Shown here piece by piece: positions 25,555-56,036 of a stretch of 64,000 bases of DNA; positions within the stretch are counted from its first letter, which is position 1; the number at the start of each line of letters is the position of its first letter. The notes beneath the pieces are model-generated. The model had not been told where the DNA came from, searched no databases, and was given only the letters and a program-made list of their open reading frames with translations. The position numbers were made by a program, and so were the translations under genes. The stretch covers positions 14,880,001-14,944,000 of the forward strand of contig CM022675.1 in assembly GCA_012295275.1 (NCBI GenBank), written 5' to 3'. Source of the stretch: Chrysomallon squamiferum (lineage: Eukaryota; Animalia; Mollusca).

Positions 25555-26386
25555 ACTACTTTCCAGAGAAGAAATGAAGAACATTGCTGCTATTCTCTAA
25601 GAAATAAACAATAAGAACAACTGTCATGTTTGTGTTTGTCTGTTTCTTTTTTCTTCTGTTTTCTCTTAAAATTGAAAGGTAGATTATATCTGTCTGTCTC
25701 TTTTTGTCTGACTCTAAGAAAGGTGGAAGTTGCGTCCCCTTCGAAAATCCACAGCCGTAACAGCCAAAAAACAGTTACTAAAGAACTGGTCACTGGTTGT
25801 GTTATTACATTTTTATTTTTTGTTTAATTACATTATTGACCGAGCGAGTCTTCTTAGGAAACATTATTAATTTATTTAATTTAGACGTTTAGAGAATAAT
25901 TATAAAACACACAAAATGAACGGCCACATGTATTTAAATGAACTGTGTTTAGAAAAACTGGAAATTGAAATTATCTTGGAGATAAAATTTCACACACAAG
26001 CACACACTAACACACACATTGACACACATACAAACAAACACACACTAAAACACACAGTAACACATATATAGACATCATACACACGCACACAGGTACTAAT
26101 ACACATACACACGAAGACTCACGTGCACACACATACATGAATTACACTGTATAGACTCGAGATAGAGAGACTCACAGACGCAAACACACATGAACATAAA
26201 AATCACCCAGACATTTACAAACAACTGTTAGGAAACGCGTGTGATTCTGTATGCACAAAAGAAAGTTATGCGCAAAAAAAAGTAAGTTACAAAAGAAACC
26301 CACAAATAGCAATGAATTATTGTTTTTTGTGTTTAAGTTGTACAAAGTTTGGAAATGCTCATGGCACATTACACAAGATTATGTTA

Positions 26387-26432
<46 letters not shown>

Positions 26433-26509
26433 CATGAGTATTTTGATGTAAACACACAGAAAACAAACACACCGTTTCTGCGATGTTAAAATTATGATCC
26501 CGAATATTA

Positions 26510-26920
26510 TTATTGTTATTATTGTTATTGTTGTTGTTGTTGTCGTTGTTGTTATTATTATTAATAATAGTATTACTGTTGATGTTTTCTTGCTATTGCT
26601 TTTATTGTTGTTGTTATTGTTATTATTATTATTATTATTTAATTATACAAAACCCACATAGATACACACATACACAAATATACATATGCATGTATTCACA
26701 CTTACATATGTACACACATTGTTGTTGTTGTTGTCGTGTTCGTTGTTGTTATTGCTATTATTACTAATAATAGTATTACTGTTGATGTTTTCTTGCTATT
26801 GCTTTTATTGTTGTTGTTATTGTTATTATTATTATTATTATTTAATTATACAAAACCCAAATAGATACACACATACACAAATATACATATACATATATTC
26901 ACTCTTACATATGTACACAC
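26510..26920. repeat. ~200-bp tandem duplication built from TTG/TTA and CA-rich simple repeats
   Basis: Block taatagtattactgttgatgttttcttgctattgc...atacaaaaccca occurs at ~26565 and ~26766. Confidence 0.8.
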
Positions 26921-28347
26921 ACCACGCACGCACACACATATATAAATACATACATGAATCCATAGATAAACGCATACATATATACATAAATACATGCCAA
27001 CATATAATTTACACACGTAAACATACATCCTTGTTGCATACAGACATACATACTCAACTACAAAAACATTTGAGCTCTTACGCTCACTCGAACATACCTA
27101 AACAGTCATATATAGCTTTAAGAATACAATTACAACATCGCGGGAAGCCTGCAAATCACATTACCTCCTGTATAGGCGAATATTTTCCAGCCTCACAGTT
27201 ATTAGTTGAGTTAATTGATTTGTCTCACTGGAAAACTGTTTTATGTCACGTTTATCTCGAAATTAAACAGTTTGCGGTAAAACGTTAACAGAAATTTTCT
27301 GAGTAGCGGAGACAGCTATTTTACTGGCTAATTGTTGTATCTTAAATGTCAGCTCATCTCATAAATATGTGAATCTCATAAATATTAGTATCACCTTGAA
27401 ATTAATTGAAATGTAATTGGCAATGAACACTGCCTTTATTTCTAATTTATCTCGAGCTCATCAAGAAAGTAAAACAAGCATGGGGCACAATACAACAAAA
27501 ATAAGATTGAGTTTCACGTTAAAGCGTTTTATAATTTTCAAGTATGGTAAGATTCTCTCATATTTAACAATAAGGATAACACAAAAGCTGTTTCAGAAAT
27601 AAAATTTATTAATTTATTTTTTAATTAAGTATTTTCAATATTAAGTAAAGTAGCAAGTGGCGGAACAACAAAAAAAAACAAACAAAAAAACAAAAAAAAC
27701 ACACACACAAAAAAGAAACACTACCACCAATATCCCTTGCCTTAAAAGAACTTCTGCCCAGAATACACTGATGTGAAAAGCCCTGATAGACGACGAATTG
27801 AACAAATCCCTCTCAGCACTTTATGTATTAGAACACACCTTTGGAGAAAATAGCTTAACATAATAAAGTCACTGGCGTATTAATCAATCAACCATTGAAA
27901 TCTTCTTTACATACAGGTTGAATTTCGTGTGAATAACATGAGACAGTTCGCTGGGTCATTTCACGTGCCTGACCTCGTTCCCGTTCCAGACAGACTCTCT
28001 GGCTGGTACCCCTGTTTGTCATTAGACAACCATTTATACCAACGTATTTCTGTATATCTACTTATTTACCTACAACCATATACACATACATGCACAAATA
28101 CATACATGCAAACATACATAGATATATAGATAGATACATAATAGATATATACATACATACGCACATACATACATACATAAGCGTAAAATAAATTTAGTAA
28201 TGTAATGTACAAACTATAAAAAAGTAAGAAATAAAATAAATAAAAATAAATTTTTAAATAGTGTTTTATTAAACTTCATATTTAATATCAGTGTGACATT
28301 TGCATTATAGTACGTTTTACACATTTTCTGTATACCTTTAGTATGCT

Positions 28348-28610
28348 GAAATTAATAATTTCCTGTACACATTTACGAAGATGATAATTAGAGATTTGTA
28401 CCACATGTTGCATGCAAAATGTCCTTTTATCTCTGTCTTATCGTTCTGTTTCAGAGAGTGTTTACCTTTTCACTTAGACAATTAAAAGATATGAATCAGT
28501 TGCTTCATATTCTAATACTGGTGTCATCTGCTGAGAATATTAAAAGAAATTAAAAGAATTACTCACTATAAATAAAGGAAACATTTCAGTGTAGAATTCA
28601 GAGATCTCAG
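28348..28610 (+). promoter_or_regulatory. Core promoter of copy 4
   Basis: Palindrome GAAATTAATAATTTC at 28348-28362, TTATCT (GATA) at ~28427, TATAAA at 28567-28572, ATGs at 28614 and 28632. Confidence 0.62.
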
Positions 28611-28613
28611 AAA

Positions 28614-46198
<17,585 letters not shown>

Positions 46199-46309
46199 AT
46201 AAGAGATTACAGAGGAGAAACCAGAATAGAAAAATATAATATTTCTTATTTCAAAATAAATTATTATTACAACTCTAAGAGTTTATTTATTCATTTGTCT
46301 TCGGCTTAA

Positions 46310-46395
<86 letters not shown>

Positions 46396-47749
46396 CATAC
46401 TTATATACATATATATTATATATATACACACATACACACATACCCACATATTAGGTACTGGCGTCAGGCACCGCGCAGTTTGCCTGCAAGGCGTGAATCA
46501 GTTGAAAATTATTATTTTTTCCCCATGTAGCATGCAGTGTTTACCATACTAAAGAGCAACGTATTCACTTTCCAACACACTGTCTGTTTTTGTTTTGATG
46601 GGGATTAAGATTTTTATATATATATATGTATTTTATTTGTTTTAGCAGAATCGTGCCACTGCGCAAGCTTCCTGCGTATCGGAAAATACATATGATTTCT
46701 TTTCTGCCATCCTGTGTTTTCCCCATTCGCAGAACAACGTAAAATTAGTCTCACATGAAAGGGCATGGGTTCCTTACCCTTCGGTTGAGCTGAACTCAGC
46801 CCTTTGACCCCACTACCAGTTAGCTTACCCTACCGTGATTGTAGTCTTTTTACTTTGATCGAAATGCAGTTTTAATTATAAAAATCGTATTATAATTTGG
46901 CATGTTATTATATTTTAAAGTATTTAGAGAAAACTGTCCAACGTTTCGGCTGAAGAGCAGGGCATAAATCGGTTAAATGCCTGAAATGGGTATCGATAAA
47001 GTTGCTTGGTGCTCTTCAATATGGGGAAAAAATAAACATAAAGATAAAATAGATAATAATGTTATTGTATGCTTGTTTGCGGTAATGTCCAGTGTTAGTT
47101 CGTAATTTACTAATCGGTGGTGCGTTCGATATGGTTGAAGGAAGTTCGTTACAAACGAAATATGAATTTTGGACGTTAATTTTCGGGATCTTTGAGTAGC
47201 ATGGACCAATGATTTTTATAAAACAAAAATAGGAAACTCATTGTTTGCATACATAATAGTACATGTTTTAGAAGTTGAGTGCTTTTTGTGTTATCGAAAA
47301 AGAGTGAAAATTTAATTTTTAATACATTTTTAAAAAGGCTGGTTGCCGGACCTTTAATTTAAAAAAACAAACATTTTCTGTTGTAAAACTGTTTCAAGCG
47401 TTATAATGAATGTATCAAGGCAATCATTCAAATAACACGTGATCAATTTGCTTTTTACATGTAAACACGATCTCTAATGCATTGAAAATGGAAATAAATA
47501 TATATAAATAAGAATTATAATGGTTTCAAGAATCGTTTTACAACTTCGTACTCAGAACTGTCTGCTATGGAGTTATAACAAAGTAATGTGTCCACATAAC
47601 GAGAATAGTCATATTCATGAGCCAGTGTCTGTGAAAATTTTATTCTCTTTTTTTAAATTTTATTACTATTTTATCATTTATTTATTTTTTGGGCTGGCGA
47701 CGTCGTAATAATATCTGAAAAAAATATATAGTACGAAACGTACGAGATG

Positions 47750-48075
47750 GTATGACGTCAGTTACGAAAAAAAAAACTAAAAAAGGTTTCGACCTTTGCA
47801 GCAATTTCTATTCAATAATAGACTCGTATCTATGTATACGAGGTAATTATTAAATGACATATTTTCCCAAATTAATTTTACTAATACATTAAGAACTGAT
47901 TCCATTATGAAGGCATACCTATATAAACGTTTGTAAACTCTAATCGGCGTTCGACGCTGCCATATTGGATTTCAATCGGAAGTTTCCGTGATGCCACGGA
48001 AATTTTTAACCTTCCAAATTAAATTATTTTGCGTATATTTTTCAGAACTTTTTATGATTTACACTGATACAGGTA
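47750..48075. promoter_or_regulatory. Candidate housekeeping-type bidirectional promoter with no assigned gene
   Basis: CpG-enriched patch with perfect CRE TGACGTCA (47753), YY1-like GCCATATTG (~47959), ETS CGGAAGT (~47977); strong donors on both sides (AG|gtaagg at 48072 on +, AG|gtatgc near 47919 on -). Confidence 0.4.
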
Positions 48076-48650
48076 AGGGTGGTTGTTCATAGTACCAAAC
48101 CATGATGTCACACGCCTTTTCTAACTACTTTTTCAACGTAATCAAACTTTTCAAACTGGATTATGTTTGTGTAAGTGCGTGAAATTATAATGCGGAATAA
48201 GATTATTAATGTATTAACTTTTGTGCCGTTACGAGTTATCGTTCCTGTTGATCCGTGCTTCTTTGAGACTGTAAGGTTAAAATGAAGCCAGCGAACTTTT
48301 AGAACCGTTATGTCAAAGAGTTATCAGTTGCTGAGATAATTCTATAACCAGATATTTGCTGTTTTTTTTTTTTTTTTTCAATTCCAGCATTAATGTAATA
48401 ACCAGTAGATTTTACATGTCCAGTGACCAAGACATTGAACACACCTCAGTAATTATCACTTTAATATTGTTTTTGTTTGTAATTTAAAGCAATGTATTTT
48501 ATTTTTATTTATTTTTTACTTATTTATTTATTTATATATTTTTTTCACAATATATATGTTATTTGTTTTGGGGAGACTTCTTTTCACTAAATATATGAAT
48601 TTTAATATCAGTTTTAACTTCTTTTTTTTGTAATTTTAAATATTAAATGA

Positions 48651-48698
<48 letters not shown>

Positions 48699-49099
48699 AT
48701 TATTATTATTATTATTTCTTCTAATTATGCAGAACAATTTAACTAAAAATCTAAATTTCTGGTAATTATTTGTTCATTTCAGAATTATATAGTGCAAAAA
48801 TGGAAGAAGATGATCTCATTTAAGTTCAAACATTAATTTGATGAAAACATTCAGTTGTTCCATTTTATTTTATTACACTGTCCTTTTCTGTTACTATTTT
48901 ACACTAAATCAACTAGTGCATGTTTATTTAAATCTAATTTATTCAGGTCTCTGAAATATGAAAACATAATATTGTTTAGAAACTCAGTGATATTTCCTCA
49001 CCAACAGCATAGTTATTTGACTCTGTCACTGAAATTAACATAATATTAAATTTTAAAAAATTGAGAAGAAAGAATTTCTAAAAATTATAAAACTAAAAT

Positions 49100-49811
49100 T
49101 AATTCTATTATTTCACTTTCCAGTTCAATATTGAAATAGATGGATACATTCCACTAAACGGTGTTTCTAATCAATCTATACATACATATTTACTGTACAG
49201 CAGTGTTTTAAGAGACACCTTGCAATGTTATAACAACTAAAATCATGTACATATCCATTCTTTAGATAATGAAATAAATTATCTTTCCACTGCTGAAATG
49301 ATTATTACTACTTAATTATCTACAAGTTACAATACACTCTGCTATCTTGTCACTATATAGTTCTTTATAAACCATTGCCAGCTGTAAAAAATATAAAACC
49401 ACATTTTAATTTTAAATTATCTAATCTCACCTAAATTCCAAATTACATTAACTTAAAAAAAGAGTAACAATTGTTAAAACTAACATGAAAAAATCCCAAT
49501 CCAGTCAGAGCCCCATCATTAACTTTTTATTAATTGTGAAACTAAAAAAACATATTTCAGTATAGTTTATTCATTTATTAACTTTTAGGAAAAATTCTGT
49601 TTATATTTTATTTTTCATGACACGTATATTAAGATTTTATATTACTTTGTTCATTAATGTGTGTATAGTATAATGATAAAAATGTAATATGTTAAATGTG
49701 TTTTTGTCTGTTTATTCAGACTCCAGAGACAGAAGAGCACAAAAGAAAGGTGTATATAACTTTTTAATATCTAGAATTATTGTTATGAGTCATTCATAAT
49801 CCTTAAGTTTA

Positions 49812-49851
<40 letters not shown>

Positions 49852-52060
49852 GAAACAATTAGAAATAGAAAAAAAAAGAAAAAAGGAAGAAGAAAATAAC
49901 GTTTTATTTTCATCAATTATTATATATTAGATATTATTATATTTCTCTTTCCTAACAAAGTCTGGCCTCTAAAAAGAAAATCTGGAAGTAACAAAAATTA
50001 ATTTATTCAACAATTTCAAATTTCATTTTACTTACAGGTCCACATCTCTGCAAAAAACACTATCTACAAGAGAGTTATTATTAATAAATCTTAATTAAAG
50101 TTATTAACAAAAAAAAAAAAACACACCCAAAAACCAACCCAACAACAACAACAAAAAAGAAGAACAAGAAAAAAGAGTTGTTGGTAGTAATTTTTTGATA
50201 TATTATTAGATCTTGATTTTTCATATTACTATTTTAAAATCTTTATTTAATAACAAAATAGTCTGGTTTTAATATTTGATCCATGTTTCTTAGAAGTGTA
50301 TCTTTGCCTAAAACAAACTGTTTAATAAATAAATACTGATACTAAAAGGTGTTCTTTTATTATTTTCTTTTTTATTTATTTAAATAATTGTAAAATATCT
50401 GTACATTCATGTGTTATGATTTTTGTTTTTGTTGTATAATCAATCAAAGAAAATTAATATTTTGACCCTAACTTACACTTTCTTCTTATTGTATATCATT
50501 TTTATATTGTATTTGTAAATATCTGTACATATTTGATTTATAATATTTAAATTTTTATTTTTTTTTGAAATGACCAATCAAAGTAAATTCATGTTTTGCT
50601 TCTAAAAAATTTAAAATTTTTTTTTTTTAAATTTATTTATCAAACTAAAAAACTGAACTACAGAAATGTTCTTAAAATATTGAAAACTTAAAGACTGAAA
50701 AATGAACTTTCCTTTTTATTTAAAATATCTGAAAATGTTTAAATAACTCAATGGAAATTGTTTTTATATTTTGAAATCCACACAAACTGTATCAGTAGTA
50801 GTCACTTGAGAAATATAACTCAGAGTTTCTTTGTAAATATTCTTAAATTTGAACTTACTTAAGTAAAAACTGTTCTATATAATTAGTTAATGTTGAAAGC
50901 CTGTCATGGTGTTGCAGCTGTCTATGGTTTATAAATTATTTTGATGGGATTGCAATCCTTAAATATGCCAACAATTAAAAGAATAATGTGATCAACAGCC
51001 CATGAACAATCATAATTTAGATTACTAACATTTTATTTCATTTAACACAGACAGAACCTGTACATAAATTTAAAAAAAAAAAACCCAAGTAAAACAGACA
51101 TTTTAAAATAAGTGCACATGTAATGTAAATATTAAGAATATATATATGTAAATTACACATACGATATATTTATTAGCATGTATTATATTAGAAAACAGGC
51201 ATTATTATAATTTTTGAATATCAATATGCCAAGATTTAAATAAAAAGAAAAAAAAAAAAAAGAAAGAAAAAAAATAGATAATAAAAAAAAGAAGTAAAAA
51301 AGATCTTATTAATATGTAAAACAATTCTTCCCACCTGCATAGCGGAGAGCTGGGTGTCAACAAAGTGTCACCGTCTGTATGTTCATAGTAACACAACTCC
51401 ATATCCTACCTAATGAAAATTAGACTTAAGACAAAGAAGACAAGTCTGTCATTTAAAAAAGAAATTTTTGATGCCAAAAGTGAACATTTGTCTCTCAGGT
51501 TTGTGAATTCCTCATGTCATAGCCAATGGAACATTGTTTTCCTTTAACCTTTTTGATATATTTTATTCTTTTTTATTTCAAGAACTTCACAGAATAAATA
51601 AGAACATTTTTTTTTTCTTTTCTTTCTTTGTATTCCCCCCTCCACGAAAGACCAAGCCCCTCCTTTCTATATAATCCACACGAAAAGATCACTCTTTAAA
51701 TCGATAAGCAGAAATGCTGGAACATTCGGGACTATTTCCCCCAAAATGACTGAAAATATTTCCTATCTCGGCCTATGGCAGTTTCAAATATTCTGGTGAC
51801 ATTTCACTTAAGTTAATGTGACTTATTCCAGAAATGACAATAATTTGAATAAAACTTAAAAGGAACCCAGGTTCAAAAATGGATATTGGAAGATCGATTT
51901 AAAAAAAATTAAACTGTCAACAGATTTGTTTTAACATGACATAAAATTAGCATTACCCAATCCAAAAAGTTAGCAGTTATAAGATATTGAAGTCTTACAT
52001 TTTGCACATCGACGTGCGTACATAAAACTGCAAAACTGAAACCTAAACGTAAAGGGAAAC
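49100..52060 (-). ncRNA. Candidate spliced non-coding or micropeptide transcript divergent from CCDC12
   Basis: Chain of plausible minus-strand splice sites: exon ending 51999 (|gtaaga), exon 51409-51335 (cattag| ... CAG|gtggga), exon 50063-50036 (ttgtag| ... |gtaagt), terminal acceptor ttttttacag| at 49381. No long ORF. Both ends approximate. Confidence 0.35.
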
Positions 52061-52140
52061 AACTGTAGACAAAATTTTACATTTCCGGGAAGAAACACTT
52101 TATACAGTGACTGTAAGCTGTGTAAATTCTGCAAATATAT

Positions 52141-52571
52141 ATGATGTCTAACCTTACAAAACTGGAAGAAGAAGCCTTAAAAAGAAAAGAAAGATTACGA
52201 GCACTTAGGGAAAAACGGAGAGACATAAATGATGACAACTTAAGGCATTATGCAATGGAAATCGACGAGGAAAAGAAGGACAAACTGCCACGGTTTGTGA
52301 CACCATTAGATTTAGAGTCAAAACTCTTTATAGTTTACAACGCCAAGATTAATGCTCCACTGATATTGGCGTTACAACAAGTTTGCTGCTTTAAAGAGTT
52401 TTCTGAATTTTCAGATTACTACATGTAAATCTCAGGCTGGCCCACAAGTTCCCGGTGCTTCATCAGAATAAGTTCAATTACAAAAACTGTTTTCAATTTT
52501 GTTAAAATATTACTGATATTAATATTAGAAATGGTCTATTACCAGTATTACTATTAGGTACGTGACAGATA

Positions 52572-52626
<55 letters not shown>

Positions 52627-55147
52627 TATTAATTATTATTATTATTATTATTAGTAGTAGTAGTAGTAGTAGTATTCTGAAATGTCTACAATACTTGGAT
52701 GAGCTTTAATTTAAAGCTTTTTAAAAGAAAGAAAATATTAAAATTGTGTGAATATCTAAAGAAACGAGGTTCTTACAGCAGCTTTAATGCCTTGAAATTG
52801 CATTCAGAGGAAACCTACTTAATAATTTTGTAGTAATTTCATGACTTTATTATATTTTCTGTTATATTGTAAGATTTGTTTTTAAGGCCAGTTTTTCGAA
52901 GTTACGTTCCACAGGATGAAACTCTGAAGGAAGATTTTATTCAGGTGGAGTCAAAAATCTCAGATGGTATGTTATAAACATTTCATTATTATTAGCAAAA
53001 AGATTTTATCAAGTTCTGTGTTAACTGTCACTGTGTCAGGTACATATTATGAAATGAGTAGGCATAAAATGTAAGTTAATAATGTAGTATGCATTCTAGT
53101 AATTATAGTACCATCTAGATACAGGTTGTATTTCTTTTATTTAAAATCAGAAACATTTTTCTTTTTGTTGCTTTGAGCAGACAAATGAATGTGATACCTT
53201 AGCATGTGTATGCTTGACTGTACATAATCTTTTTTTCAGGTTGCAGTGTATCAAATTATGTTATTAAATATGAGACATTCTTAGGCTTTGGCATTTCAAA
53301 TACAGGACATTGAAAGTGTAGTATAACAGTGAACTTGGTTTAAACAATAGTATAAATTACTGGTAATTAATACAGAAAATAAATTATACAATAGTGGATA
53401 TGCATTTATACCTGCATTGACTAAATTTTTAGTTTCAGAGAAAGTTAAAGAACAACTTGAAGCTGGCAAAACAAAACATATACTTGAAGAAGTGGTAAGA
53501 TTACAAACATAATCTATATACTGTAAATATCTGACGTTTTTCTAATGTTAAACTGACATAATTGCTTATAACATTTTAATCATTTTATTAAATCTTTGTG
53601 CAGTCACTGGTAATATTTAAAATAAATTTCTGGAGAATTTTCTTTTATACCATTTCAGTTATTTGCTTTGTTTGTACTTGCACTGTTTACATATTTGTAT
53701 ATTATAATTTAGGATCTGTTAAATCTTGCACCACGCAAACCAGACTGGGATCTCAAGAGAGATATAGCTCCAAAACTGGAAAAACTTGAAAGACACACAC
53801 AAAGAGCCATTGCTGAACTGATAAGTGAGTAATGTTTTAAAGTCACATAACTGTTTTGTAAATTGAAACTGATTTACACTATATTGATGTGACGGCATAT
53901 GAGCCGTGAATATCAGTTACATTCTGGTTTTTTCTATCTTTCATATTAATACAAAATGTAGAAGTCATGCTATATATGAGTAAAAACCTGAGTTCACAGG
54001 TTCCTTTTGTGTCATCAGTCTCACATTAAACAATGATTTGTTTTTTGTAAAATAAAAATTTATTTTATATGAATATTCCTTAATGTAGAAAATGAAATAT
54101 ATGATATCAGATATAATTTTAATGTTGCTGTGATTTGCTTGGAGCCATTCTTTTGATGTTGATCTCCAGTAATAATCATAAATTGAGTACTGAAATCATT
54201 GAACAAATTTGATATTTATTAAAATGTTTATAATAGTGTGAGAAAATGTTGAAAATAATAATCTGTTTTAAAATATTTTTAAAATGTATATATATACTAA
54301 AATTCTGGTGAGATATTTGGTAACATTTAATTTCGTATAATGCTGATTTGCCAAATTTATTTGATGGACAGTTACTTTGAATTTCAGTTCTTATTTTATG
54401 TTTCTAAAATGTAAGTTGTCTTAGCATTATCACATGAATATCTAAGCCTATTTAAATTCTTATGTACTGAAAGTTGTTGGCAAATTACTGTTTAGATATA
54501 TTTGTTTATATCAAACATAAATCCAGCAGTGGTACAAATTATGATCATATCTTTCACACATATGATCTGATTTCTTTAGTGGATCATAAATAGGCTTAGT
54601 TTAGATTCATTTTCTAAACATATTTGGTTATTTGATTGAATGAGTCAAATCATGAATCTGGAATGTGTGTTTATGGTGACCTTTTAGATTGATCTCAACT
54701 TTTTAAAAACATATATATACATTATTTCTATAAAAGAAAATTTAGGAATTTCTTCCTATATGCTCCAGTATATACATTTAGATTTACCAATATTGAATAT
54801 GACACGATATGTCTGTATCTCTCTAAATGTGTAACTTGATTTTTCTGACTACTTGTTTATTTGTGGTTTTACTGTAGGCAGAGGAGATTAGTTTTACTGA
54901 CAAATATCAGGATAATTTAGATTATATTTTTCTAATATGATTTGGAGGAATTTCACATTTATACCCATGTTTTCCATGTTATAAAACATTTTTTTAAATA
55001 ATATGTTAGTTGAATTTTAAATAATTACTCATTGAATTATTTACTGAATTTACAGGAGAACGTTTAAAGGCAAGTCAGGAAGATCTAGCAAATGTTGTCA
55101 ATGCAAGTGACTTGATGAAATCAGTGGATGATGAAGATGCAGATTAA
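52141..55147 (+). CDS. CCDC12: Coiled-coil domain-containing protein 12 (Cwf18-family splicing factor), 165 aa
   Basis: Exons 52141-52292, 52887-52966, 53433-53494, 53713-53824, 55056-55147 (498 nt). Characteristic motifs LEEEALKRKERLRALR, FRSYVPQDE, EEVDLLNLAPRKPDWDLKRDIAPKLEKLERHTQRAIAELIRERL. Confidence 0.96.
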
Positions 55148-56036
55148 AGGAGGATGTTACTGCTGACATGCAAGATTAATTGATTTTTAAGAACTTAAAT
55201 GTCTGATGATGATCATACAAAATGCAGGTGATGATATGACACTTGAGAAGTAGAAAGACTGGTTAATAGTTGCGTGCAATTTTGTGAAAAGCTTAAAAAA
55301 CACCAGCTTACTTTTGTGAAGAGCAGTACTTGTATTACTATGTACTGATTTGATTTGTATGTACATCATGGTTCTCGCTAGCAAGAAAAATGGGAAGAAC
55401 TCAAAAATGACTTCTCCCTGTAGACAATGGGGAGAAGTGAAGTTTTATCACTTAATTTGAATACAAGTTCAAAAGAACTGTTTATTGTCAGCCTCTAATT
55501 ACAACAGCAAAACAATCCATTTTTGCAGCTGTTTACACACTGAATAGTCTCTGTAGTACTTGTTCATAGATACAAAGTGTATCAGTTAATGAGTAACATA
55601 AGAAGAATAATCATAGTTGTCATTAAAAAAATTCCATGACACTCACAAGAAACAAAAAATCTATTAAACTAGTTTCTTGTGGCTTAAAGCAAAATGCAAA
55701 AAGTTGGCTGTGTAATTTTTAACATGTTATTTTTGTTTTTTATTAACTTACTAAAAATGAATGCTATGTAGAGTGCCATGGGTTAAAAGTGTGGCGAAGT
55801 TTGCTAAAAAAAGTGATTATTTTTCCCATGTTGCCCCTTCACACGAATCCTATACCTTACAAGTTGAAAGGTTTTATTACATTTAAACCTCTTTATGTCA
55901 GAACTGAGCAGTGATGAGATTAATAAAATAAACTGTTTTAAAACTTTATTTCTTTTCAGTGTTTTATTTTATTGCTGTAAGATCAGTGAATATTTTAGGT
56001 TAATCAGTGTCACATTTAGAATAACACTGATCCAGT

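Noticed and set aside
26513-27288. 200-aa and 84-aa Leu/Cys/Tyr-rich ORFs
   Set aside because: Translations of simple repeats and a local tandem duplication.
46930-46985. Penelope-type hammerhead ribozyme (CGAAACGT on - strand)
   Set aside because: No CTGANGA core on the same strand at the right spacing.
49720-50085. Plus-strand micro-exons 49720-49749 and 50038 onward giving a 31-aa peptide
   Set aside because: Weak donor (gtgtat), no recognisable product, and the 50036 region fits a minus-strand donor (gtaagt) better.
49715-51005. Intronic snoRNAs (C/D-like at 49716-49800 and H/ACA-like at 50890-51003, - strand)
   Set aside because: Box C is imperfect, the second hairpin is weak and I recognised no rRNA or snRNA target; needs an Infernal or snoscan run.
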